Assembly: GCA_002269645.1 (NCBI GenBank)
Contig: NIVC01004318.1
Location: 1 to 50,742 of the forward strand
DNA: 50,742 nucleotides
Source: Macrostomum lignano
Lineage: Eukaryota
Direction: 5' to 3'
The position numbers and the translations under genes are program-made. Positions 35,401-47,502 of the stretch are shown here, piece after piece; position 1 is the stretch's first letter; every line of letters starts with the position of its first letter. The notes under the pieces are model-generated. The model made no database searches. It was not told the DNA's origin and was given only the letters and a program-made list of their open reading frames with translations.

Positions 35401-38400
35401 TTCTTAGTGCTGGTTTGGGGCGATTCTTAGGACTGGTTTGGGGCGATTCTTAGTGCTGGTTTGGGGCGATTCTTAGGACTGGTTTGGGGCGATTCTTAGG
35501 ACTGGTTTGGGGCGATTCTTAGGGCTGGTTTGGGGCAATTCTTTGTGCTGGTTTGGGGCGATTCTTTGTGCTGGTTTGGGGCGATTCTTAGTGCTGGTTT
35601 GGGGCGATTCTTTGTGCCGGTTTGGGGCGATTCTTAGGGCTGGTTTGGGGCGATTCTTAGGACTGGTTTGGGGCGATTCTTAGGGCTGGTTTGGGGCAAT
35701 TCTTAGGGCTGGTTTAGGGCGATTCTTAGGGCTGATTTAGGGCGATTCTTAGGGCTGGTTTAGGGCGATTCTTAAGGCTGGTTTGGGGCGATTCTTAGGG
35801 CTGGTCAAGAGTCATACATGTATTCCAGTGACTGTTTAGGGTCATATTCAATGAAAGTTTAGGGTCACATTCAATGACAGATTAGGGTCACATTCCATGA
35901 CAGTTTAGGGTCATATTCAATGACAGTTTAGGGTCACATTCAATGACAGTTTAGGGTTGAGTTAAATTCTTCACAAGCCTTACCTAGCCAGAATATCATC
36001 ATTGAACAGCAAATGGAACGGCCAGCCGTGCTTGAACTTCAACCCAACCCGAGACCAGGAGTCGGCGTCTGAAGCGCTGCCACCAGCACCAGCGGCGGCT
36101 GCCTGACTGTCATCAAACCAAACGTCGAACTGTTTCAATGCCTGATCATCTTCCAGACCAACAGCTCTTGCGGCGCGTTCGAAGCAGGCTCGCAACTGCT
36201 GGCCCAGCATCCGATGAGGCGGCTTGTCTAGCAATGGTCCGGCTAGATCGATGAATGCCAAGTAGAATTCCCCCCTGCCCATCAGGTAGAAATCTTTGAC
36301 GGCTTGCAGTTGCTGTTCGAGGCTGTAGTCCTCCATCAGGAGGCGCCACAGCTGCTCTGTGACGTGCGAGCGAACCTGGGATTGTTGGTGAATGATGAAT
36401 GAATCATGAAAACTACCGGTTGCAATCATGAAGAATCATGAAAACTATTGGTTGCAATTATGAAGAATCATGAAAACTATTGGTTGCAATTATGAAGAAT
36501 CATGAAAACTATTGGCTGCAATTATGAAGAATCATGAAAACTATTGGCTGCAATCATGAATAATCATGAAAACTATTGGTTGCAATTATGAAGAATCATG
36601 AAAACTACCGGTTGCAATTCTGAAGAATCATGAAAACTATTGGTTGCAATTATGAAGAATCATGAAAACTACCGGTTGCAATTCTGAAGAATCATGAAAA
36701 CTATTGGCTGCAATTATGAAGAATCATGAAAAATATTGGTTGCAATTATGAAGAATCATGAAAAATATTGGTTGCAATTATGAATAATCATGAAAACTAT
36801 TGGCTGCAATTATGAAGAATCATGAAAACTATTGGCTGCAATTATGAAGAATCATGAAAACTACCGGTTGCAATTCTGAAGAATCATGAAAACTATTGGT
36901 TGCAATTATGAAGAATCATGAAAACTACCGGTTGCAATTCTGAAGAATCATGAAAACTATTGGCTGCAATTATGAAGAATCATGAAAAATATTGGTTGCA
37001 ATTATGAAGAATCATGAAAAATATTGGTTGCAATTATGAATAATCATGAAAACTATTGGCTGCAATCATGAAGAATCATGAAAACTACCGGTTGCAATTA
37101 TGAGGGAGCATGAAAACTACCGGTTGCAATTATGAGGGAGCATGAAAACTACCGGTTGCAATCATGAATAATCATGAAAACTATTGGTTGCAAAATCATG
37201 AAGAATCATGAAAACTACCGGTTGCAATCATGAAGAATCATGAAAACTACCGGTTGCAATTATGAGGGAGCATGAAAACTACCGGTTGCAATCATGAATA
37301 ATCATGAAAACTATTGGTTGCAAAATCATGAAGAATCATGAAAACTACCGGTTGCAATCATGAAGAATCATGAAAACTACCGGTTGCAATCATGAATAAT
37401 CATGAAAACTATTGGTTGCAAAATCATGAAGAATCATGAAAACTACCGGTTGCAATCATGAATAATCATGAAAACTATTGGTTGCAAAATCATGAAGAAT
37501 CATGAAAACTACCGGTTGCAATCATGAAGAATCATGAAAACTACCGGTTGCAATTATGAGGGAGCATGAAAACTACCGGTTGCAATCATGAATAATCATG
37601 AAAACTATTGGTTGCAAAATCATGAAGAATCATGAAGAGAACTTACATCGGCAACAAACTCCTCCAAAGCCAGCAGATCAAACTGACTAGCATCAGCCAG
37701 TGTCTCCAATCTGGGCAAAAACAGTCGCTCCAACTCGGCCAGGAAAGCAGAGGATCGGGATTCATTTAAACCAAAACAACGAACCGCTTCACCAACAAAT
37801 AGAATTCGCTGGGCCAAGGTTAACGGCAGATAGGCTGGCAGTAGTGAGAATTGCAATTCAGCTTTCTGAGCACCAGTGCTCACAATTATACTGCTGGTAT
37901 CAGCTGCTGCTGTTGTTGCATTTGGGGCGCCTGGTACAGCAGCTGTTGGTTTCTTCTGTTGTTCTTGCTGTTGTTGCTTTTGGTCGACAAGCCGAACAAA
38001 AAACTCCGAATAAGGATCGTCCAAAGTGCCCTACAAGGGTTTTAGATTAGTTCATTTCAGTGCATCCGCTACAGTAGTGCGAATGTAAACTTGGTAATTC
38101 TTTAATCAATGAGGCATTAGCAGGAGGCTTGGGGGAAACCTGGCGTTACGCAACCAGTGCTGAGTAAGAGACAATTCTGCCCGTTCCGCTGACTCCTGAG
38201 CAAATGTACTCAGCAACATCAAAAATTCGCCATCACAGAACATTCCATCTGTGCTCGACACTTTTGAGAGTGCATGTGAAATCTCTCAATCTTGCGAGTG
38301 ACGCAAATTAGCGTACGTCACGCGGCAGATTTGAATTGAGGAATGAAGTGGGGGAGCGGTTTGCGAGGGTTGGATGGATTAAAGCTACCCCGATCAGTTT

Positions 38401-39543
38401 TCTCGTATCTTCTAGTTCAGAATAGTCCAAGAGAAATTGCTCACTGGCGCGTAGAGTGGCGACTTTTCCATGTTGCTGAGTACATACAAGCGCGCCAATA
38501 CTGTACACAGGCACGCACTCGTACACACGCTCACACAAAGTGTACATGTACAGCGGCCCTGACTTTCTAATCCTCAGGAATGTACACTTTCAGCGCCTTG
38601 ATGGCTGGCCCTCATGGCTGTGAATTTTACGACAAACCCCCGGACGTAGGGGTGGCCGCAGCCCAGTGGTCCAGAGCGGCGCTCTGATGTGCCAGCGGCC
38701 CAGACTCGATTCCAAGTGCCAGTCACATTAATTTGAGGCTAAATTGGAATCTCCGCTTTATAGGTCTACTTATGACCCAAGGCACAGTGAAGTGTTACAT
38801 GCCAAACGATAAATCAAGTTATTGCCGCTGTACACTCCTGTGTGAGTGTATGTCTGAGCGTATGACTGCTCAGGGGAGTCAGGCGAAACGGGCAGTAACG
38901 CCTCTCGTCGGTTGTTGTGACAATGTCGCTTAAAGTGCCCCAGGGTATTCAGAGCCTTTGATTATTGGTCGTATGCACTACAAAACCACACCTGCAGCAT
39001 CCAGTCGCCAATCTGTCGATAAGCCAATCGATTGCATCGCTGCAACAGAGCATCAAAAGCCGACTGAGCTGAGGGCAGACCGCAAGGCATCCTATGCACA
39101 ATCTTCTCCATTAGCTGGGTACCTCGAGCGTTACTACGTTCAATAGATTCTAACAGATCAGACAGTGCCGGAAATAGCAATTGAAACTCTTCCAATCGGC
39201 ACTGGACATAGTTCAAGGACAGATAAGGATCTGCTATCAGTTCAGATTCCAAATCGACAAGTCTGGCGCGATAAGTTTCAAGACAATTGTCTAATGCATC
39301 GCTAAACACTTTAGCGTAGAGACCGGCTGTTTGCTTATCCGAATCAAGATAACTGGAACGTTCAGCTATAAAGTCTTGAAATCGAATGTAGTGAGCGCCT
39401 AGTTGGCATAGACGATTAATCAGAGGCACTTCGGATGGGCTGATGAATGGCAGATTGTCGATAAGTCGAAGGCTACCCGACTGAGTCTGTTGAATGACAG
39501 ATCCTGGGCAGCCGTACAAGGCTAGTAGTAGTTCGTGCAGCAT
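32447..39543 (-). CDS. TUBGCP4: Gamma-tubulin complex component 4 (~655 aa)
   Basis: Exons 39543-38992, 38030-37647, 36375-35984, 34182-33906 and 32809-32447 join in frame (1968 nt). The N-terminus MLHELLLALYGCPGS...PFISPSEVPLINRLCQLGAHYIRF, the motifs KDFYLMGRGEFY, WPFHLLF and NLVYYLQVDVIDSRF, and the C-terminal QLLLRLDFNRFF all match GCP4. Confidence 0.96.
32880..33877. repeat. 24/36-nt minisatellite (gctaggatgagactagatgagatt)n filling TUBGCP4 intron 4
   Basis: Tandem units; source of the spurious RLDETAR ORF. Confidence 0.96.
34190..35805. repeat. 23-nt minisatellite (ttagggctggtttggggcgattc)n in TUBGCP4 intron 3
   Basis: About 70 units, running into the acceptor at 34183. Confidence 0.97.
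35830..35958. repeat. 23-nt minisatellite (tttagggtcacattcaatgacag)n, rest of TUBGCP4 intron 3
   Basis: About 5.5 units. Confidence 0.9.
36400..37637. repeat. 32-nt minisatellite (catgaaaactattggttgcaattatgaagaat)n filling TUBGCP4 intron 2
   Basis: About 38 units, starting ~10 nt from the donor. Confidence 0.97.
38209..38480. mobile_element. ~272-bp MITE with ~23-bp TIRs and a TA TSD (Tc1/mariner-type), copy 1, in TUBGCP4 intron 1
   Basis: TA|ctcagcaacatcaaaaattcgcc ... ggcgacttttccatgttgctgag|TA. The internal sequence is clearly homologous to 47226-47502. Confidence 0.8.
38650..38945 (+). mobile_element. tRNA-derived SINE-like element in TUBGCP4 intron 1; 3' fragment also at ~21894-21968
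   Basis: A-box-like gcagcccagtggtccagagcg and B-box-like gactcgattcc. The 3' ~75 nt (tcaggggagtc..gggcagt..gtcggttg..acaatgtcgcttaaagtgc..cagg) is shared with nidogen intron 7. Confidence 0.6.
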
Positions 39544-39720
39544 GTGACTGCAGCTGAATTAAATCTGACTTTTTAAATCTGTCTTTGATTCTTTCAAATA
39601 TTTCAATGCTTCAAATGACAATAATCTGTAATCAAAGTCTGCCATTTTTAGTTTCAGCAACGGCATTCAAATTGAAAAAGAACGAATTATAACAACAAAT
39701 GCAATGTTTTGGATGCTCCG

Positions 39721-40237
39721 GAACTGAGGATCTGGGAGGCTGGCCCTGCAACTGAGGATCTGGAAGGCTGGCCCAGCGACTGAGGATCTGGGAGGCTGGC
39801 CCTGCAACTGAGGATCTGGAAGGCTGGCCCAGCGACTGAGGATCTGGGAGGCTGGCCCAGCGACTGAGGATCTGGGAGGCTGGCCCAGCGACTGAGGATC
39901 TGGGAGGCTGGCCCAGTAACTGAGGATCTGGGAGGCTGGCCCAGCGACTGAGGATCTGGGAGGCTGGCCCAGCAACTGAGGATCTGGGAGGCTGGCACAG
40001 CAACTGAGGACCTGGGAGGCTGGCTCAGCAACTGAGGATCTGGGAGGCTGGCCTAGTAACTGAGGATCTGGGAGGCTGGCTCAGCAACTGAGGATCTGGG
40101 AGGCTGGCTCAACAACTGAGGATCTGGAAGGCTGGCACAGCAACTGAGGATCTGGGAGGCTGGCTCAACAACTGAGGATCTGGGAGGCTGGCACAGCAAC
40201 TGAGGATCTTGGAGGCTGGCCCAGCAACTGAGGATCC
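39721..40237. repeat. 28-nt minisatellite (ctgggaggctggcccagcaactgaggat)n, copy 2
   Basis: About 18 units, ~180 nt upstream of the TUBGCP4 ATG. Confidence 0.96.
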
Positions 40238-40519
40238 TAGATAAAATAAACAGTAAGTGTAGCTGCTAACGCACATTTAAAGCTTGTAAAAAATTGAAGT
40301 CTTAAAAAAGAAATAAAAAACTAATTTATCGTTTGCATTGCGTACAAAAAATATATTTCTCTGCAAATGCCTAAAAATAGTCGTAGGAATGTGCAATATA
40401 TATAAAATGTACTATAAGAATTCGAGACATTATTCTGAAAAATAACGGCTAAAAATAACAGTACACAAATCACAGCCTCGAATATTATTTTTTGTTAAAT
40501 CAGACGAACATACGAACGG

Positions 40520-40905
40520 AGCGTGTGTACATTGGGGGTAGACTTTCTATCCTTGACTGGAGCATGTGTACATTGATGGGGGTAGATTTTCTAGCCTTGA
40601 CCGGGGCGTGTGTACATTGGGGGTAGACTTTCTAGGCTTGACCGGAGCGTGTGTACATTGGGGGTAGACTTTCTAGGCTTGACCGGAGTGTGTGTACATT
40701 GGGGGTAGACTTTCTAGGCTTGACCGGAGTGTGTGTACATTGGGGTAGACTTTCTAGGCTTGACCGGAGTGTGTGTACATTGGGGGTAGACTTTCTAGGC
40801 TTGACCGGAGCGTGTGTACATTGGGGGTAGACTTTCTAGGCGTGACCAGAGCGCGTGTGCAATAGGGGTAGACTTTCCAGGCTTGACCGGAACGTGTGTA
40901 CATTG
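40520..40905. repeat. 39-nt minisatellite (gtgtgtacattgggggtagactttctaggcttgaccgga)n
   Basis: About 10 units. Confidence 0.95.
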
Positions 40906-41013
40906 GCGGGGGTGAAATTAGTAGATCATTTAGGAGATCAGTTAAGTGATCTTGTATTACGTTTTTAAGCGGACTTTAGAATAACGAATATGACCTCCCT
41001 ATCTTGTCACTAG

Positions 41014-42085
41014 CTAAGCCAGACAGGCCCCACCGCCACCCAGCGGCACACTGTGCAGCACAACAAAAGGCACATCTGGTCCAGTTCGATGTATAAACTC
41101 CACCGAACTAGCTAGAAACTCAACTCGACTTAGATCGCTAGACGGCCAAGTTTTTGAGAGAGCTCGTTTTAACTCTTCGGCAGCAGTGACTGAAGCGCAT
41201 TGAGCCATAGTTAGATGAGGCCGGAAACCGCCTTTGGACTGCAAATCTAAACAGTCAGGAAACACGCTCGCTAACACAGACTGTAGCTTCATCAAATTAG
41301 GACATCGGCTATTATTATTAGACAGATCGCAATCAGGTTCTACAGGGTCTAGCCAAACTGTTGCACTTTTACCGCCGTGAGAGAAATGACCGAATTCTGC
41401 TAGACGAACGCGAAACGGTGACAAATTGGAGAGATGAGGTGTCAGTTTGGCTACCGCAGAGTCCATCTGATCTGGTTCGTAGAATGGATAACTGAGATTG
41501 ATGTGCGGCATCCAGCGATGGAATTGACGATCGTGTTGTCTGCAAGTTATTTAAGTAGATGTATTTAGGGTAAGGTAGGAGACAAGACTCGAGAGAAGCA
41601 GGTCAAATGGCGGATATGAAGGTCAAATGGGAGAAATAAAGCAGGTCAAATGGAAGAAATAAAGGTCAAATGGAAGAATTAAATGGAGAAATGGAGAAAT
41701 AAAGGACAATTGGAACAAATGAAGATCAGAGAGGAGAAATGAAGGTCATACGGGAGAAATGAAGGTCAAATAGGGAAAATAATTATCAACTTGGAGAAAT
41801 GAGAGTCAAATAGGAGAAATAAAGATGAATAAAATGAAGAAGTGGCGATTAAGGTCCAGAGGCAGAAATGAAAACCGTAAAGTAGATATGAATATTGATA
41901 GTGATAAAGATGAGAATAGGGGAAATGAATATTAAAAAAATGTCACGAAGTATCCACATGATATTTTACTTAAATTTTTAAGTAGCATGTTGCACATACC
42001 TGCGCACATCCTGCATAGCTTGGTACACAGATGTGTCAGCTGGTGGCATTAATACGATGGCAGATTGGTGAGTTTTCTTGCTCAT
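41014..42085 (-). CDS. Stand-alone 2H-phosphoesterase (2'-5' RNA ligase/LigT superfamily, LENG9-C-terminal-like), ~203 aa
   Basis: Exons 42085-42000 and 41539-41014 join at phase 2: MSKKTHQSAIVLMPP...VRRQHDRQFHRWMPHINLSYPF...GGFRPHLTMAQ. Two H-x-(T/N)-hydrophobic motifs. The intron contains a degenerate ~19-nt repeat (~41590-41830). Confidence 0.85.
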
Positions 42086-42292
42086 AATGTTTGCTACGAC
42101 AATACGATTAAAAAGCTGAAAATGCAAGTTAGATGAAAAAAGAAGTCTGGACTCAAGTTTAGTGTCTACAGCTAACTTCAAAGACTTAACCGTAATAATA
42201 TCAAAATATTAAGTAAACTACTTAGTTACTATAAGTACTATATATTTAGATAAATGAATGAGACCAAAAATTCTAAAATCTCGCCGGGGAAG

Positions 42293-43535
42293 CTTCACAA
42301 GCGCTAATTTTCATAAGCGCTAACTCACCTACTTTCACAAGCGCTAAACTTCACAAGCGCTAAACTTCACAAGCGCTAAACTTCACAAGCGCTAAACTTC
42401 ATAACCGCTAACTCACTTACTTTCACAAGCGCTAAACTTCACAAGCGCTGAACTTCACAAGCGCTAAACTTCACAAGCGCTAAACTTCACAAGCGCTAAA
42501 CTTCACATTAGCTACAAATTCGTCACCTACTTTCACAAACGCTAAACTTCACAAGCGCTAAACTTCACAAACGCTAAACTTCACAACCGCTAAACTTCAC
42601 AAACGCTAAACTTCACAACCGCTAAAACACAAATGTCGCCTACTTTCACAAGCGCTAAACTTTACAAACGCTAAACGTTAAAAACCGCTAAAATACGAAT
42701 GTCGCCTACTTTCACAAGCGCTAAACTTTACAAACGCTAAACGTTAAAAACCGCTAAAATACGAATGTCGGCTACTTTCACAAGCGCTAAACTTTACAAA
42801 CGCTAAACGTTAAAAACCGCTAAAATACGAATGCCGGCTACTTTCACAAGCGCTTAACTTTACAAACGCTAAACGTTAAAAACCGCTAAAATACGAATGT
42901 CGGCTACTTTCACAAGCGCTAAACTTTACAAGCGCTTAACTTCAGAATAGCGAAACCACCTACTTTCTCAAGCGCTAAACTTCACAATGTCAAAGTAGAC
43001 AGGGAAATTATTATAGTATATTAAAATTTTAGCGCTTGTAAAAGAAGCCGACATTCGTGTTTTGGGGATTGTAAAGGTTAGCGTTTGTGAAAGTAGGCGA
43101 CATTTGTGTTTTAGCGGTTGTGAAGTTTAGCGTTTGTGAAGTTCGGCGCTTGTGAAGTTTAGCGCTTGTGAAAGTAGGTGACAAATTCGTAGCTAATGTA
43201 AAGTTTAGCGCTTGTGAAGTTTAGCGCTTGTGAAAGTAGGTGACAAATTCGTAGCTAATGTGAAGTTTAGCGCTTGTGAAGTTTAGCGCTTGTGAAGTTC
43301 AGCGCTTGTGAAGTTCAGCGCTTGTGAAGTTTAGCGCTTGTGAAAGTAGGTGACAAATTCGTAGCTAATGTGAAGTTTAGCGCTTGTGAAGTTTAGCGCT
43401 TGTGAAGTTCAGCGCTTGTGAAGTTCAGCGCTTGTGAAGTTTAGCGCTTCTGAAAGTAGGTGACAAATTCGTAGCTAATGTGAAGTTTAGCGCTTGTGAA
43501 GTTTAGCGCTTGTGAAAGTAGGTGGTTTCGCTATT
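42293..43535. mobile_element. Foldback-like element: two inverted arms built from 16-nt subrepeats (ttcacaagcgctaaac / gtttagcgcttgtgaa)
   Basis: Left arm ~42293-42985, unique spacer ~42986-43027, right arm ~43028-43535. The arms share longer complementary blocks, e.g. aatagcgaaaccacctacttt / aaagtaggtggtttcgctatt. Confidence 0.75.
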
Positions 43536-44584
43536 ATCTCTCGCCCTAGAGATTATTTAGTCAGAAAATCTCCCCTTTAAGATTAGACATTTGAAAGTCT
43601 TACCCTAGAGATTAGATATTTAGCTAATATTACCACGAGGTTTAGGACATTAAGAGAATAATATACAAAAACAGTTGAGCACATAACCAGCATTACCGGA
43701 ATAACTTGTTCAGTACAGTAATCTATCAAACACATATATTTGTCCATGCAATTATATGCTTTCAGTATAAACAGAATTCAATTTAAGTTTATTCCATATT
43801 CCACATCAGCAACAGCAATTGCATTAAATAATGCCAGAATGTAAACAAATAAACAAATAAAAAAGAGCTTTCAAATTACATTAAATAAGTGCCCCTTCAG
43901 TTGAAACTAGCTTTTTTAAATATTCAAGTAAATCCATTTACCAATATTGGTTTGCTTACTATACTACTGATGTAGGCAGAAAGCAAATAAACAAAACAAT
44001 GTCAAAAAACAAGATTCAACAAATCTGACCGAGAACTATTTAAATTCAGGACAAAAGGAATGTTTTAAATTGTAACAAATAGGTTTGCTACTTAGTTAAT
44101 CGGTGAAATTATTTTATATTATTTGACGAATTCAGAAACAGAAACGACATATAGCTACTGTTAGTAGCTTGAAAGAAAACCCTAAAGGTTTTGGCCATAG
44201 ACTAAATAGCTTCGCGGAAATCAATAAACATCTCCAATTTAGATTGACTTTAAAAAAAGGAATTATTTTGTTACGCGCATATTTATAAGGAAAAAAACTC
44301 TAAACAGACGCTCAATAAGTAATAGGTAAGCAGTTACGATTTTTAAAACTGACCCATCTATGTGATGTTGTGTACGAGATAGTAATCTGTGCAAAACAAA
44401 TATTTAGACACTGTGTTCTCAAGTCTATATTATATAAATATATATACTCTATGGGTACACGAGTTTTGGCCATAGACATTTTGAGAAATTTAAGTTTTGA
44501 AAAATCTATAAATACTACTTTAAGTACTATAAGTATTAACATTGAAATTCTTGGAATTTTAAACAGGTATAAACGACCTTGACG

Positions 44585-44890
44585 GAGGGTTGTAGCCCAG
44601 TGGTCAGAGCGTCGGACTCAAGACTGAAAGGTCGGGGGTTCGATTCACGACCCACCCGGAATAATTTGTGTCCTTGAGCAAAAGACACTAACTCTGCATT
44701 GTTTCAGTTCACCCAGCTGTAAAATGGGTACCACCAGCATTAGCTGGAGTAATTGAGGCTGTGTGTGGCGACCCCTCCGCCCCTCCCAGTCCTTGGACTG
44801 AACAGCCGTACGCGGCCTTCAGATGCACCGCGCAATAGCTGCGGCTGAGCAGTCGGTTGCACATCTGGCCTAATTGGGGCAGGTGTAATC
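44585..44890 (+). mobile_element. tRNA-derived SINE with a CORE-like central domain
   Basis: A box tagcccagtggtcagagc and B box ggttcgattc (44585-44657), then tgtgtccttgagcaaaagacactaactctgcattgtttcagttcacccagctgtaaaatgggtac (44667-44731), which resembles the MIR/CORE consensus ccttgggcaagtcacttaacctctc..ctcagtttcctcatctgtaaaatggg. The 3' end is approximate. Confidence 0.7.
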
Positions 44891-45175
44891 AGTTATTAAC
44901 CTTGAACTCCTTAGCCTAAAGATAGTTGCACTACGGAAGACAAAAGATTATAACTTAAAGCTTAGGAGGTTGGGAAATACTCGCAGATAGGTGTCGTGTC
45001 TTACAAAGTACATCAGACTAGTATAAAGATTCATTTAAACAAACGGACAATAGATGACAGATGAAGGTTAACATATACAGTAAGCCATCCCCCCAGAACA
45101 AAGAGTACATTTATAAATACGTAAATAACGTAAGATAAACAAGTTACAGTTTTAGTAAATTGATAAGTTACTTAT

Positions 45176-46148
<973 letters not shown>

Positions 46149-47225
46149 GGCTGGCTCTGTGTGAACTCCGGATATGTGGAGCTGCTATTGCATGCAAAAA
46201 TCATAATTATTTTTTCTTCGTGATTCAACGCGATTTGCGACTCAAATTTTCTGTTTCAGCTTACTGGTAAGATCTGGGATCTGGGATCTGGGACCAACAA
46301 AGTGGCCAAGAAGTAACTAAGGGTGATAATCTCGTAATGGTTGGCCTAATAAGCAACTGATAGCCCAGACGTTTGTCGTGTATAAACCATTGTAAAAAGG
46401 AAGTAGGCAAAGACTTTTAGAGTTGCTTAAGCGATCAAATTTGGCACCAGAGTATGCCAAGAAATATAAGATAAATAGATTGTTAATTTTAAAAACTTTG
46501 ACACAATTTGACACAAGCACAAGCCAAACAGTTAAAAGGCAAAAAAGTTAGGAAAATTGTATAGGTTCCGATCTAGAACTCTACGCATTAACATTTTTAT
46601 ATTTGCTAAGCTAGATAAATAGTTTTAACCACAGCTGCTGCAACTGAGCTACATCTACACAACAGTGAGCACACAAAGGAATGGCTTTCATCTCTCTCTC
46701 ATCTTTGTAGACACGCCTGCATTTACATCACTGGTGCAAAGGTATTACTTCGAGCTGCCAGGAAGCGCGGAGCTCACAGTACGAGTACAGCTTCAGCAGA
46801 ACAACAAAAGCTGCGACGCCTGTTATCCGCTAAAGTATAGGTTGCATGTTGCTTGAGGCTTAAACTGCTTCTCATACTGCTGTTTTTAAACTGTTCTAGT
46901 TTGCGTTGAATGTTCACAATTAATATCAACATTTTCATGTTGCTACAGCTGCAAATATACAATCGGGACCTTCTGTCCATAAAAATGTTCCCTCTCGAAT
47001 GGACGTACAAAAAGGTGACTACTTCTCAAATTTCAGTTCTTCTTATTTCTTCTTCACTTTAGGAGTAGTGTCTATGGTTTTATATTTTGGCTTTCGATTT
47101 GGAAGCTGATTGAGCATTCTGGTGTATTCTGTGGTTTTAACTAAGAAATAAATGGCAGTGCACTACGTCATTGACTAATGCTCTTAGCCTCTATTAATGT
47201 TAGATTATTATATAAGCAAATATAT

Positions 47226-47502
47226 CTCAGTAACATTGAAAAGTCGCAATCACAGAAGATTCCGTCTGTGGTCGCCACTTTTGAGAGTGCAGGTAAAGTC
47301 TCCTAATCTTTGCGAGTGATGCAACTCAGCTACGCAGCGGCAGACTTGAGTTAAGGAATGAAGTGGGGGGAGCGGTGTGCGAGGGTTAGATGGATTAAAT
47401 TAAGCTACCCAATCAGTTTCATCGTATTCTTTATTTCAGAACAGTCCAAGAGAAATTGCTCACTGGCGCATAGAGTGGCGGCGACTTTTCAATGTTGCTG
47501 AG
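47226..47502. mobile_element. MITE, copy 2 (family of 38209-38480)
   Basis: ctcagtaacattgaaaagtcgc ... gcgacttttcaatgttgctgag. Same orientation as copy 1; diverged internal sequence. Confidence 0.8.

Noticed and set aside
18409-37637. Tandem arrays of 21-47 nt that superficially resemble CRISPR repeats
   Set aside because: Units are contiguous with no unique spacers, lie in spliceosomal introns, and there are no cas genes.
39721-40237. CTGAGGA followed by a hairpin in the 28-mer, suggesting a hammerhead ribozyme (also CTGATGA at ~7961)
   Set aside because: The conserved GAAA after stem II is absent (CAAC/CGAC; GAAT at the 7961 site), and no stem III with an NUH cleavage triplet can be built.
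20037-42985. Apparent enrichment of 6-8-bp palindromes in minisatellite units
   Set aside because: About half the units have one, and the chance per 25-32-nt unit is already roughly one in three, so it is not convincing without genome-wide statistics.
44585-44657. Possible tRNA-Leu(CAA) gene
   Set aside because: The T-stem and acceptor stem pair poorly and the sequence runs into a CORE-like body, so it is better explained as a SINE head.
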